A stretch of DNA of 63,336 bases, counting the filler, from Lenisia limosa (lineage: Eukaryota > Protista > Breviatea): the NCBI GenBank assembly GCA_001655205.1. It is 13 parts of 13 records of this genome, joined end to end, with 100 filler letters (N's around TTAATTAATTAA, not from the genome) between each part and the next. Parts side by side here need not be neighbours in the genome. Positions count along the whole stretch, not along the records: positions 35,974 to 39,025 come from LPNZ01003538.1; positions 39,126 to 41,161 come from LPNZ01002208.1; positions 41,262 to 46,349 come from LPNZ01008835.1; positions 46,450 to 54,740 come from LPNZ01008781.1; 9 more parts are not named here. One strand, given 5' to 3'. The position numbers and the translations under genes were made by a program. Under the pieces are notes generated by a model, which was not told the DNA's origin, made no database searches, and was given only the letters and a program-made list of their open reading frames with translations. Position 1 is the stretch's first letter. Every line of letters starts with the position of its first letter. Below are positions 36,090 to 47,208 of this stretch, one piece after another.

Positions 36090-38885
36090 TGGAGTCATCA
36101 GAAATTGCAGCGGATCAAGCCTTCGCCAAGCTGCTGTCCAACTGCCCATCCAGCAAAACTGTTCTTACGTGAGTTGAACCTTTCTATTTATGCCTCTATT
36201 TCGCACTACTATTATGGAAGTAGTGAATTGGGAGGTGAAATGTCCCCATTTCTTGTGCTTTAACTCCGCAGCGCATATGTCAAATACGTGACTGAGGTGA
36301 AAAACAACAAAACGTTCTCGCTCAAGCGTGAATCCGTCGATGATGAAAGTGGGATATTTTTGGTTATATCATGAACTGTCGAGGATTATTTTCAAAAGCT
36401 AATTCTGGACTGGACTGAACTGAACATTTTTGACATTTAGTCCGTTCGGCCTCGAGTATGTCCGACGATCAACACCAGAGATGGGAAATCAAGAGGGCTT
36501 TGAGCCCTGCGGTCATCCTCAGAGTACGTGTTTAATGATGATGGGGGGAGGGGATGTTCAATTCTAGTTAATATAGCTCAAATAAACATGCACACGTTGT
36601 TGCATTTATGGCACGTAGCGTCAAGTCATTATCGGGTTCCTTCTGGTGTGTCTTGCGGTCATTGCCTCGTCAGTAGTGATTGAAGTCATCGGCAACACAC
36701 AGAAGAACCTCTTTGTCGAGACCAATCATGGTTGGCTGGTGATATGAGGCTCACTTTTTGTTCAATCCTTTACATTTCTTCTTTCATGGCTCTACCCCCC
36801 CCCCCCCCCNNNNNNNNNNNNNNNNNNNNNNNNNNNNNNNNNNNNNNNNNNNNNNNNNNNNNNNNNNNNNNNNNNNNNNNNNNNNNNNNNNNNNNNNNNN
36901 NNNNNNNNNNNNNNNNNGTGCTCCAGAAGCGACTGGCCTGGGCGTTGTTTGTTTTGTCGTTATCAACCCTCGTATTTTGTCAGTTAGCAGAGTTGATTTC
37001 GGGCTTTTTTTTATTTCATAAATTTTGCAATTGACCACCGACAGCCGGTGAGCGCCGCACAGCGGTGAGTGCAATGGCGCACCACTCCTTCCGTCTCGTC
37101 AACTGGGTTACTGATCCTGCCAACGACTTCGATTCCATTAAGGCCGACCTGTCCGAGAGTGGGATGGGGACCTGTCTGAATGTTTGTTCGTATTATGCAT
37201 GTAGATGTATGTGCTGCAGTTGTTACCTATTCCCAAAAGCCCTCACCCCACAGGCTCCGAGCAGTTTGCTGAGATGCACAATGACCTTGTGTATGGCGGA
37301 CATGGCATTGAACCAACAAAGAACACGGCAATCAACAACCTCAACAACAGTCCCTCTGTTGCCGTCAAGAGCTATGCCGAAACCGTCTTGTCCCTTTGGG
37401 ACTCGGTGGGTGGGTCCAACAACTGAACTATCCGTCTAAATCCGAATAATGGCTGCATGCACCATTTCTTTAAAGCTGCTTCTTCAATAACCGGTTGCAG
37501 GGTATTGTGCTTATTGGATCCGCGGACGCGTTGGAAGAGCTTACTCCTGCTGAGTTAACTTGCATTGCTGATGACTGTCCAACTGTCAACGAGACTGGTG
37601 GGTGATGCGTATTACGGACATGTGCCGAATGTGTCGAAACTTCCTTATTTGGCAAGTTTTAGTCGCTCTTTTATACTCACACTTTTGTTCAAAAATTGAT
37701 GAAAATAAAAAGGGGGAGAAAAAAAGAAAAAAAAGAAAACAACACTCGACTATTTAAGGGTACCGTTCGACCAATTCAAAACATACAGGTTTTGGTTTAT
37801 ACTGAGCGCTTACCATATTAGGCAAGTCGAGTGTGGAGTTCATCCTGTCCAATGCCATTCTTGGTATCCATGACGCCCTCAATGACCACCTTGGCATCGT
37901 GACCCTTGTTGATCGCGACGTCAATCAAATGGCCAGTTGGGGGAGGGGGGTGATCAAATGACCAATGTCAACAACGTCATCAAGTTCCTTATTCACCCCG
38001 TAGCCACGATTCTGGCACTGGGTATCGGAGTCTTTATGCTTGTCGTCATCATTGCCATCATCCTGCAAGTCAGAGCGTCGTTGACTAATGTAAGCAGCAG
38101 AAGGTATCATTAAGGCTTCACTTGGTTCGGAGAGTTTTCGAGGATTTATCGAGAAGTTCAGTCTTTTTTTTGAACCGAAGTGAAGCCCCAGGTATCATGT
38201 ATTTCCCTTCAAAAGATCTGGAGGCCCTGAACCATGTTAAGCCGATACAATTTTTCTCATTTCACCCATCACTAGGGCTTCCCTACGGTCCAAAACAGAC
38301 CTGTGAAATATCGATATTTATCGAGGATTTATCATGAAATTCAGTCTTTTTTTGGGACCGTAGGGAAGCCCTACTCCTCACCATTCCCGTTGTTCACATT
38401 GACCCCTGCAGGCGCTAAGGGACTGGATTGTTGTGGTTAACACCTTCGGACACGTCAGCCCAACTGTGGCTGCCTCCATCATCAGAGTTGGCCAATATCC
38501 CATCAATAACAATTCAATCTATCTTCTGTTTTCGATATAATTGTGTGCCTCTTTCCCCCGCTGTGACTCCAAAGGACGCCCAACGCAGCGATGAGCCAAT
38601 TGCCGAGGAGCCGACAAGGAGAATGTCGTCGTCAGATATGGTGAGTGTCTAGAAAGGATAGACATTCTACTGGGGCACTGATCGTACGGTACTCATGTTT
38701 TCATGTTAATGTACTAGGTCTTCGGACGCACCGGTGGGCTGACCCTTGCCAAGGACGTAAACAGATCTGACTCATCAAAACGAGCGTTGGGGGAGAGCAA
38801 ACAAAAACTTTACTTTTCCCTTTACCCCACTTTACTTTTCCTTAGAATGCCGGACATCACGCCCCTACAGCTCCCCTCCACAAGT
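36090..38885 (+). CDS. Large multi-pass membrane protein fragment (at least 10 exons)
   Basis: TM helices RQVIIGFLLVCLAVIASSVVIEVIG and TILALGIGVFMLVVIIAIILQ, separated by a helical loop (SEQFAEMHNDLVYGGHGIEP). Splice sites are consistent. Confidence 0.6.
38275..38371. mobile_element. MITE family B (about 95 bp, GGGCTTC..GAAGCCC TIRs, TA flanks), type copy
   Basis: TA-GGGCTTCCCTACGGTCC...GGACCGTAGGGAAGCCC-TA with internal ATCGAGAAATTCAGTCTTTT-type motif. Related copies near 5932, 9557, 17029, 17365, 18360, 19519, 20000, 22064, 38113, 45833, 45980, 46048, 56260 and 61849-61942. Confidence 0.85.
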
Positions 38886-39612
38886 AACAGCATTGTTATG
38901 GTTTGCTGGAGGGCAAGGACATAATGATACTGAATTTGTGGACAGTTCATCAAACAAATATGTATGATCACCCCCCCCCCCATGATTAGTACCTTTATGC
39001 CAATCTTCTTCATTGACCCAGGACCNNNNNNNNNNNNNNNNNNNNNNNNNNNNNNNNNNNNNNNNNNNNTTAATTAATTAANNNNNNNNNNNNNNNNNNN
39101 NNNNNNNNNNNNNNNNNNNNNNNNNTAACAGCAAAACAAATATTCCAGGTAGAAGGGGACAGTCCTGCGGGTGGATAAAGTGTCCATTTAGGCTCAATTG
39201 CCTGTCCATAGAGGAAATTAACTAAAGTGAGACATAGTGTCAGCCATATCTGACTTATTCATTTCTGTCAATAAATTTCTTCAAAAAAAAAATTGCAGAG
39301 AGTCTTCAGAATAACAAGCTCGTCGATAGTCGAAATGAGAAAAGGGTGAAAGTATGAAAGGACGGGTGAAATGGAGAACTGGGTGGAACAAAACCTGACC
39401 GAAGCAACATCCCGCCTCAAAGCCTCAAATAACAGTTACTTCCCTAAGCAGGAGCATTAGCAAACCGCCAAAATCTCCCGCTTATAGAAGATTATTATCT
39501 TGTTACAAATCAAGTCATTCCAGGAACTATCTAGAATGGTCTCGAAGCAACCCAGAACGGAGAAAACCAATAATCAATGAAAATGGCCTTTAAAAACAAC
39601 AACAAGAAGATA

Positions 39613-39903
39613 TTATTTGGCTTTCTTTTCAAAGGAACACAAGTAGGGAAATTTTTCCCCATAACCTGTCAACGAAAGATTGTGGTTAGGTAGAGGGAAA
39701 CAAGAGGACCAAGCCTTAATCCTCTCTTTAATCTCTAAATCACAAAATTCTGTCATACTCTGCCAGAGAAGGCCATTTCCGCTCACCAGTTGACTTATCT
39801 CATTCAAGGTGGAAGGCAGATCATCAAGATGAGGGCACTCGTAAAAGGGCTTAATACCCACTACTAGGCCAATCAATACTAAAACAAAGAACAATAACCG
39901 CAT
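39613..39903 (-). CDS. Putative secreted Cys-containing protein, first exon
   Basis: MRLLFFVLVLIGLVVG signal-peptide-like start followed by about 80 open codons. Confidence 0.45.
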   Translation of the reverse strand: MRLLFFVLVLIGLVVGIKPFYECPHLDDLPSTLNEISQLVSGNGLLWQSMTEFCDLEIKERIKAWSSCFPLPNHNLSLTGYGEKFPYLCSFEKKAK

Positions 39904-40152
39904 TGCGGTTTTCGCATAAAAGAAACTTCTATTGCATGCCAGCTAAGGGCTTTCCTTTCAAGATTATCTTCTGAAAGTATTCGTTGTTATTAGAATTTAT
40001 AATATCTAGGTAACTAAGGTGTCTAGAATTCGTGAAAGAGAGAGAAAAAAATATGTAAAAAATAAAAATAACAAATGGGGAAACAAACTACCATTATTGA
40101 ATAAACTACTATCGAATATCAATCGTGTTTACATACTCATGTATCAACGAAT

Positions 40153-40225
40153 GCCCGGTTAGCTCAGTTGGTAGAGCGTAGGACTCTTAATCCTACGGTC
40201 GTGGGTTCGAGCCCCACATCGGGCG
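40153..40225 (+). tRNA. tRNA-Lys(CTT): tRNA-Lys, anticodon CTT
   Basis: Cloverleaf: acceptor GCCCGGT/ATCGGGC, D arm GCTC..GAGC, anticodon arm TAGGA-CTCTTAA-TCCTA, T arm GTGGG-TTCGAGC-CCCAC. An oligo-T Pol III terminator follows. Confidence 0.97.
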
Positions 40226-40239
40226 TTGTTTTTTTGTTT

Positions 40240-40350
40240 TGGTCTATTTTATTTTTTTGGGGGTTATTTTTGTTTTGCTTTATTTTTTGGGGGTTATTTT
40301 TGTTTTGCTTTATTTTTTGGGGGTTATTTTTGTTTTGTTTTATTTTTTTG
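40240..40350. repeat. About 31 bp tandem repeat x3 downstream of the tRNA
   Basis: TTTTTTGGGGGTTATTTTTGTTTTG(C/T)TTTA repeated three times. Confidence 0.85.
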
Positions 40351-40520
40351 CTTGCCTTTTCTCACTCTTTTTTTTCAGAATCATTTATGCAGGGTGCACA
40401 CGTATATATAATATTTACAGACAATGAACAACAAACAACACACCTTCCCGCCTTGATCTTCCCCTATTGCTAATAATGAAATATTGTACACATAACTGAA
40501 GAAACGAAACATGGGCAGAA

Positions 40521-41161
40521 CTAAACACGGAGGATTTGAATGGTCTTGTCGAAGGCAACGGCAACCCAGTCCGGCTGTGATGTTGACCACTGGAGGGCGT
40601 TGACTTCAGCACCGGCACCGTATGACAGAATCGGGTCTACGGGGAGTAAAACTGAGAATTTATGAAACAAAGAGAGCCCAGAGTTGATAACAACAAAGTA
40701 AACAAAGCCAAAAAATTGGATAGAATCGGGTCACAACAGACGTTTTTCAAAAATTTCACCCCATATGAGACAAACCCCGTTTTCTCCACCAAATCACGCC
40801 CCAAACCATCAACCGCATTGGGCATATGACTCAAGTCCCAAATGAGCACTTGTGAATCGTCTCCAGCAGTACAGCTGGAGTGTGAGAAGATGATGGTGGT
40901 GTTGATGATGTTAATGGTGTTGATGATGATGATGGTGTTGATTGTTATAATCGTGATGATTATGATGATAATAACAATGATGATAATTAATCCAAAATAT
41001 ACTCGATATCATATAGAAAATGAAATACGTATTATTATGTAATAATAATCTATGATATTATCTCTATCATAATACATCACCCCTTGCTTCTTACACATGA
41101 CAAGATGAGTGGGGAGCCCAGGTAAGAGCGTTAACGGGTGCGTTATGAGATTTCAGCACAG
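40521..41161 (-). CDS. DCAF7: DCAF7/WDR68/AN11 WD40 protein, C-terminal three exons
   Basis: [22 protein letters not shown]|[22 protein letters not shown]|[38 protein letters not shown] matches the DCAF7 C-terminus ([10 protein letters not shown]...QPDWIA...LRV). Confidence 0.93.
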
Positions 41162-41529
41162 NNNNNNNNNNNNNNNNNNNNNNNNNNNNNNNNNNNNNNN
41201 NNNNNTTAATTAATTAANNNNNNNNNNNNNNNNNNNNNNNNNNNNNNNNNNNNNNNNNNNNGGGGGGGGGGGGTAAAATGGAGGAAATTTTGATGAAGAA
41301 TAATGCGTAGATGTATATCGGATTACTGCCTATTACTAATTCACCCAATCAATTACCTTACAACTATACACATAGCTAATACTACACATATCATATGATC
41401 ATATGTAGCTATATGAAATTCGTAACATACACATAGTATACATGCCATATATATGACACAAACAGATACTGAGTAAATAATCATGCAAAGCTTGTCCACC
41501 ACCACACCCATTCAAATACTGAGTATAAA

Positions 41530-44500
41530 ACAACCATTTGACCCACAGTGAAGGAGGGTTGTCATAGTAGCAGGAACTTTCTCTACACTGTACGAGTGCA
41601 TTTGAATGCCGTACTGGGGGGTAAGATGAAGGGGGTGAGATGAAGGGAAGTCCCCCAGGCCTCTCCCCTAACATCATCATCAGAATCCGGGCCTCTCCCC
41701 CAACAACAATTCCATTATGTTGCCTTTCCCCCCATTCCACACCTTCTGGTTGAAGAGGTGGGCAAACGCATCCGTCAGAATCACAACCTTCCCGTTAGTG
41801 TAGTGCGTGGAGACTAATTCCTGGCTCTGGGGGGAGGGGGAGTATAATGGGATAATTTTTGAGAAAAAAAAAGCCCAAATCAACTCGGTTGGCTGACAAC
41901 AACAAGGGTTGATAACAACANNNNNNNNNNNNNNNNNNNNNNNNNNNNNNNNNNNNNNNNNNNNNNNNNNNNNNNNNNNNNNNNNNNNNNNNNNNNNNNN
42001 NNNNNNNNNNNNNNNNNNNNNNNNNNNNNNNNNNNNNNNNNNNNNNNNNNNNNNNNNNNNNNNNNNNNNNNNNNNNNNNNNNNNNNNNNNNNNNNNNNNN
42101 NNNNNNNNNNCTCTCCCCCACCATACCCTGAACGGATGGCTCCATTTGATGTGCCTTGAGTCGTGGAGGGGAACGTGGAGACGGATATACGGTTGCTTAT
42201 TGAACAAAAGGATGCCCTGTGCTTCTAGAGCGGATTACAGCAGTGTTCTAGAGCAGATTCAAAAAAAAAAAAAAAATCGATTTTACTCACCCCCCCCCCC
42301 ANNNNNNNNNNNNNNNNNNNNNNNNNNNNNNNNNNNNNNNNNNNNNNNNNNNNNNNNNNNNNNNNNNNNNNNNNNNNNNNNNNNNNNNNNNNNNNNNNNN
42401 NNNNNNNNNNNNNNNNNNNNNNNNNNNNNNNNNNNNNNNNNNNNNNNNNNNNNNNNNNNNNNNNNNNNNNNNNNNNNNNNNNNNNNNNNNNNNNNNNNNN
42501 NNNGTGTGGAAAAAAAAAGGGGGGGGGGGTCATAGCTAAGCACCCGCTACCTGGTCAGGGTTTCTCAAGAAGGCGCCTCCGTGCATCAGAAGTAGTTTCT
42601 TCATTTCAACAGCTTCCGGCGAAAGAGATTTGCTCGAAACTTTCGAAAACCCTAAAAAGGTCAGTTATAAAGGAAAGGTATAAGCCTAAAAAGGAAAGTT
42701 ATAAAACCTAAAACGGTAGGTTATAAACCTCAAAAGGAAAGTTCTTTTAAAAAGGAACGTTATTAGCTCGAATTCCAGAATTTATATGATCCCCAGTTCT
42801 TCGTATCCCCATGTTTGATTGAAGATATTCCTCGATCCACCGCTCACGTCGAACAAGGCTGATAAACGTGTTCTTCCGCGTCCTCGCCAAAATCGTAATA
42901 AACTATAGGAAACTAGTACAAAACAATTGGACTCAACTCGTAATAAACTATAGGAAACTAGTACAAAACAATTGGACAAAATGATGGTAGAGTATCATAA
43001 TAATACCCAATCATTTGCCTAAAAACTAGCTTTCCCTGTGTCTCATTTTGAAAAACGCATAATTACACCACCTTCTCACCTGGAGAGACAGGCAGGTTTT
43101 TTCGTCAGTTAAGGGTGCAGTTTGGGCCACCTATGGTAAGTGAGGAAGTGAAAGCATTTTCTTCTTTTAAATATTTTTTCTTCTTTCAACACTTTATTTT
43201 GTTTTTTTTATCTAAAAAAAAAGAAAAAAGAAGATAGCCCACCCACCTTATCCAACACTCCAGGTAAAGACGCTTCAAAGTTGTAGAACAAATAGTCTGG
43301 GAGGATTTCTGGGGGTGGGAGGTAAGAACGAAGGAGATTTTGTGGAAATTTCGATGAATAATATTGGCGAAAAGGTACTAATCATGAACCGAATCTGAAA
43401 AGCCATGCAGTCGTACAGCATACCCCCCCCCCCCCANNNNNNNNNNNNNNNNNNNNNNNNNNNNNNNNNNNNNNNNNNNNNNNNNNNNNNNNNNNNNNNN
43501 NNNNNNNNNNNNNNNNNNNNNNNNNNNNNNNNNNNNNNNNNNNNNNNNNNNNNNNNNNNNNNNNNNNNNTATGTATTTATTTGTTTCCCAAGATTTCTAA
43601 TGTATATTATTTCTCTCCCCCCTCTCCCCACCACAGCCAAACGAGGGGCTCAGAACCTTGACATAAAGCTCGTGGATCGGAATGGGTAGATCCGATAGAT
43701 CAACCATTTTGTAGTCATCTGTGGAGCAGTAGTCAAACTCTTTGGTCGCGACCGGAATATCCGGGTGAATCCTGGGGGGGGGGGNNNNNNNNNNNNNNNN
43801 NNNNNNNNNNNNNNNNNNNNNNNNNNNNNNNNNNNNNNNNNNNNNNNNNNNNNNNNNNNNNNNNNNNNNNNNNNNNNNNNNNNNNNNNNNNNNNNNNNNN
43901 NNNNNNNNNNNNNNNNNNNNNNNNNNNNNNNNNNNNNNNNNNNNNNNNNNNNNNNNNNNNNNNNNNNNNNNNNNNNNNNNNNNNNNNNNNNNNNNNNNNN
44001 NNCAGTAGCTTCTGCAGCACCGCATCCAATCACTCGGGGGAGGGGGGTAAAACGAAGGAAATTTCGCTGAAGAGTATTGGCGTAAAGATACTAATCACGA
44101 ACCGAATATTCTAACCCCAAAGAAGAGAGGAATATACCATAATATATTTACTCATACCTGGGGGTTGTAGCTGGTGGCGACTGAGGAAGGTCATGATCGG
44201 ACTGGTTTTCGAGGTCACTGGGACTGCCCAAGTCGGCTTGTTGAGTGCTTCTGAAATGGTCAGTTCGGTAAATAATCATAAAATGTTGGCAAAAATCGGT
44301 AAAATTCGGAAACAAATCGGTAAAATTCGAAAAAATTGGTAAAACTCGGTAAAAATAGTCCCCTTCCCCCACATATGCGATGCAGAGGAGTAAACTGAGC
44401 TTGGAACTGCAGGGATGCTTGCAAACGTCTTCATTATTGCCTCGGGCCGGGTATAGAACTTCTCCTGTGTCAATGCTGGAACCACATTCTCCATGTAGCT

Positions 44501-46270
44501 CTGAATCTGCGGGGGGAGGGGGGAGTAAAACGAAGAATTTTGATAAAGAAAAATTGGAGAATTAATGAAACAAAAAAAAAACGCCCAAGAATGGAAAATT
44601 TATGGGGAAAAAAAAGAAGACCAAAATCAACTCTGTTGACTAGAATGGCAAAAAGGACAATGAAAAAACCAAATCATGACCATTTGTAGATAAGCAGCAT
44701 TCCCGTCCGCCAGCCCCCTACTAAAGCATTGGTAAAAGCGTAGTTCCGTACACTGCAGAACAGCAGCGGACGAAGACTGAAGATAATCGCACGCCAACTG
44801 CGAAGGAGCTCGGTAGCGTCTTTTCTGGGGGAGAGGGAGAGAGAGTAAAACATATTTTCTGGTTTTTTTTAGAACAAGAATGTAAACGTATCAATTAATT
44901 GAGGAAGAAAAATACAAATAGTCCCTATTCTGTATAGGGGAGAGTAAAACATCTTTCCTGGGGATAGGGGTGAAATGAAGCTTCGGGAGGAATATTGGCG
45001 TAAAGGTACTTCAAAAAAATAACAGGGGGAGCGGTATGAAAAATGTCACAAAGGCTTTCTCAACATCATTCCAACCACCTACTCTGGAAATGCCCGAGAA
45101 AGCAGGCTTGTCATTGTGTCCATGTGAACCCCCCCACAATTGCTGGAAATGTGAAAGTCAGTTAATAGCGTGATACACAGCTTCCTGCCAATATACAATA
45201 CATCGGGATACTGTTCCAAGATTTGATTTTCAATATGTTCTTGCTTTTATACATGTATTATGTACATATAAAATAGAGAGGAGAAATAAAACATGGTTGT
45301 ATCTGACCGAAGCCGTCCACACCACATAGAGTTGTAAGATGCAACAAACACCACCCCACCTGTCGAGAAGTATGGCAATTCCAATGTCGAATACTTCCGA
45401 GTCGTTTTGAGCTCCTAAGAGATTATTGCGATAATGGTGATTGTAGTAGTATCCCTACCCTCATTTTATACCGTCCCTCCCATACAATTATATCGCACTC
45501 CATATTACCCTCCCCCCCAATATACAGTGACCGGGATAAGTCTTGACCGTTTTTCCATGGGAAATCACATAGCAAATCGGTCAAGACTTATCCCATTCAC
45601 TGTACATATAAGTGTATATCCCCCCCNNNNNNNNNNNNNNNNNNNNNNNNNNNNNNNNNNNNNNNNNNNNNNNNNNNNNNNNNNNNNNNNNNNNNNNNNN
45701 NNNNNNNNNNNNNNNNNNNNNNNNNNNNNNNNNNNNNNNNNNNNNNNNNNNNNNNNNNNNNNNNNNNNNNNNNNNNNNNNNNNNNNNNNNNNNNTCAGTT
45801 TGCTGGGAAGCCCCTAAAAGAGGTCAAGAGTAGGGCTTCGAAAAATACTGAATTTATTGATAAATCCTCGAAAATTATCGATATTGTGTCGGGTTTCTTC
45901 AGACCAGAAGAGGCAAAAGTTAAGGTGGGGGAGTATATAACGGGTATAACATTGGGGGTACCAACCGCCTAAAAGGCCAATATTTATCGAGGATTTATCA
46001 AAACAACTCAGTCATTTTGGTGCCGAAATGAAGCCCATCTTATACCTTGGGTTTCTCAAAACAGACCGTTAAAATATCGATAATCTTCGAAACAGAATTA
46101 TAGAGAAATTCAGTCTTTTTTCGAACCGAAGTGAATCCCTACTTCTACCCCTCCCCCCACTCCCACCAGTAAAGCGGTGATCTCTTGTGATCTAGGGCGC
46201 AAGCTGGCAAGAACAGCCGCGATATGGACGTATAAGGGTGACGGTGTGGGGTTGGCTTGGAGCACAGCTC
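41530..46270 (-). CDS. Hypothetical multi-exon protein fragment
   Basis: More than 10 short open exons bounded by C-run AG acceptors and GT donors (e.g. IQSYMENVVPALTQEKFYTRPEAIMKTF; RIHPDIPVATKEFDYCSTDDYK). No confident family. Confidence 0.5.
45525..45602. mobile_element. Tc1/mariner-type MITE family E (75-79 bp)
   Basis: TA-CAGTGACCGGGATAAGTCTTGACCG...CGGTCAAGACTTATCCCATTCACTG-TA. Copies at 17506-17584, 20888-20962 and 50859-50936. CAGTG termini with TA target duplication are Tc1-like. Confidence 0.88.
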
Positions 46271-47208
46271 GGGTGTGGGGGGAAACTGCGGGGGGGGGGT
46301 AAAATTGGAAAATTGATGAAAAAAAGAGGGGGACAATATGGGCTCCACCNNNNNNNNNNNNNNNNNNNNNNNNNNNNNNNNNNNNNNNNNNNNTTAATTA
46401 ATTAANNNNNNNNNNNNNNNNNNNNNNNNNNNNNNNNNNNNNNNNNNNNAAAAAAAAAAAAAAAAAAGCCCAGGCCAGTCACGTCTGTAGCACTGCATCC
46501 CAGCACTCCAGTGTACTTGAAAATGGAAATTTATGATACAAAAAGGCCAAAATAAAAAGAAGGAAATTTCGATGACAAATAGTGTTAAATACTGTTTTTG
46601 GGTCGGGAAACAAAGAGAGAAGCAAAACCCTGAGATAACACAAAGTAACAATCAGCTACGAAGCAGTGAGAGGGGAGAGGGGTGATAGTAGGNNNNNNNN
46701 NNNNNNNNNNNNNNNNNNNNNNNNNNNNNNNNNNNNNNNNNNNNNNNNNNNNNNNNNNNNNNNNNNNNNNNNNNNNNNNNNNNNNNNNNNNNNNNNNNNN
46801 NNNNNNNNNNNNNNNNNNNNNNNNNNNNNNNNNNNNNNNNNNNGAAAATGAAAAAAAATAAAAAAAAATAAATAAAATGTAAAAAAATAAATAAAATGTA
46901 AAAAAATAAAAGCAAATGAAATAGGTCTTGGAGGTGGGGAGTAAACCCCCCTTTAAGGGTTGAGTACAAAACTAAGAATTATGATGGTCAACAATCAAAC
47001 TGTCACTGATAGAATACTCGAATCATAGTATCCAAGGCCTCAAGCTAGCCTGTAGTTTTTATCAATTTATATGCGAGCATTACCGCAACAAGTAAACCCT
47101 AAACAAAGCGAAACACCTAGTTATGATCACCAAATAACCAATTCATGAGCTATAACAAAGTAGCCAGCCCAAGAAAAGAGCTGAACAGCAAGAAAAAAAA
47201 AAACGAAC

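Noticed and set aside
42555-42890. BRCT domain (LLLMHGG..., RWIEEY)
   Set aside because: The Trp-containing stretch lies after a GTGAG donor and is probably intronic; the remaining match is too short.
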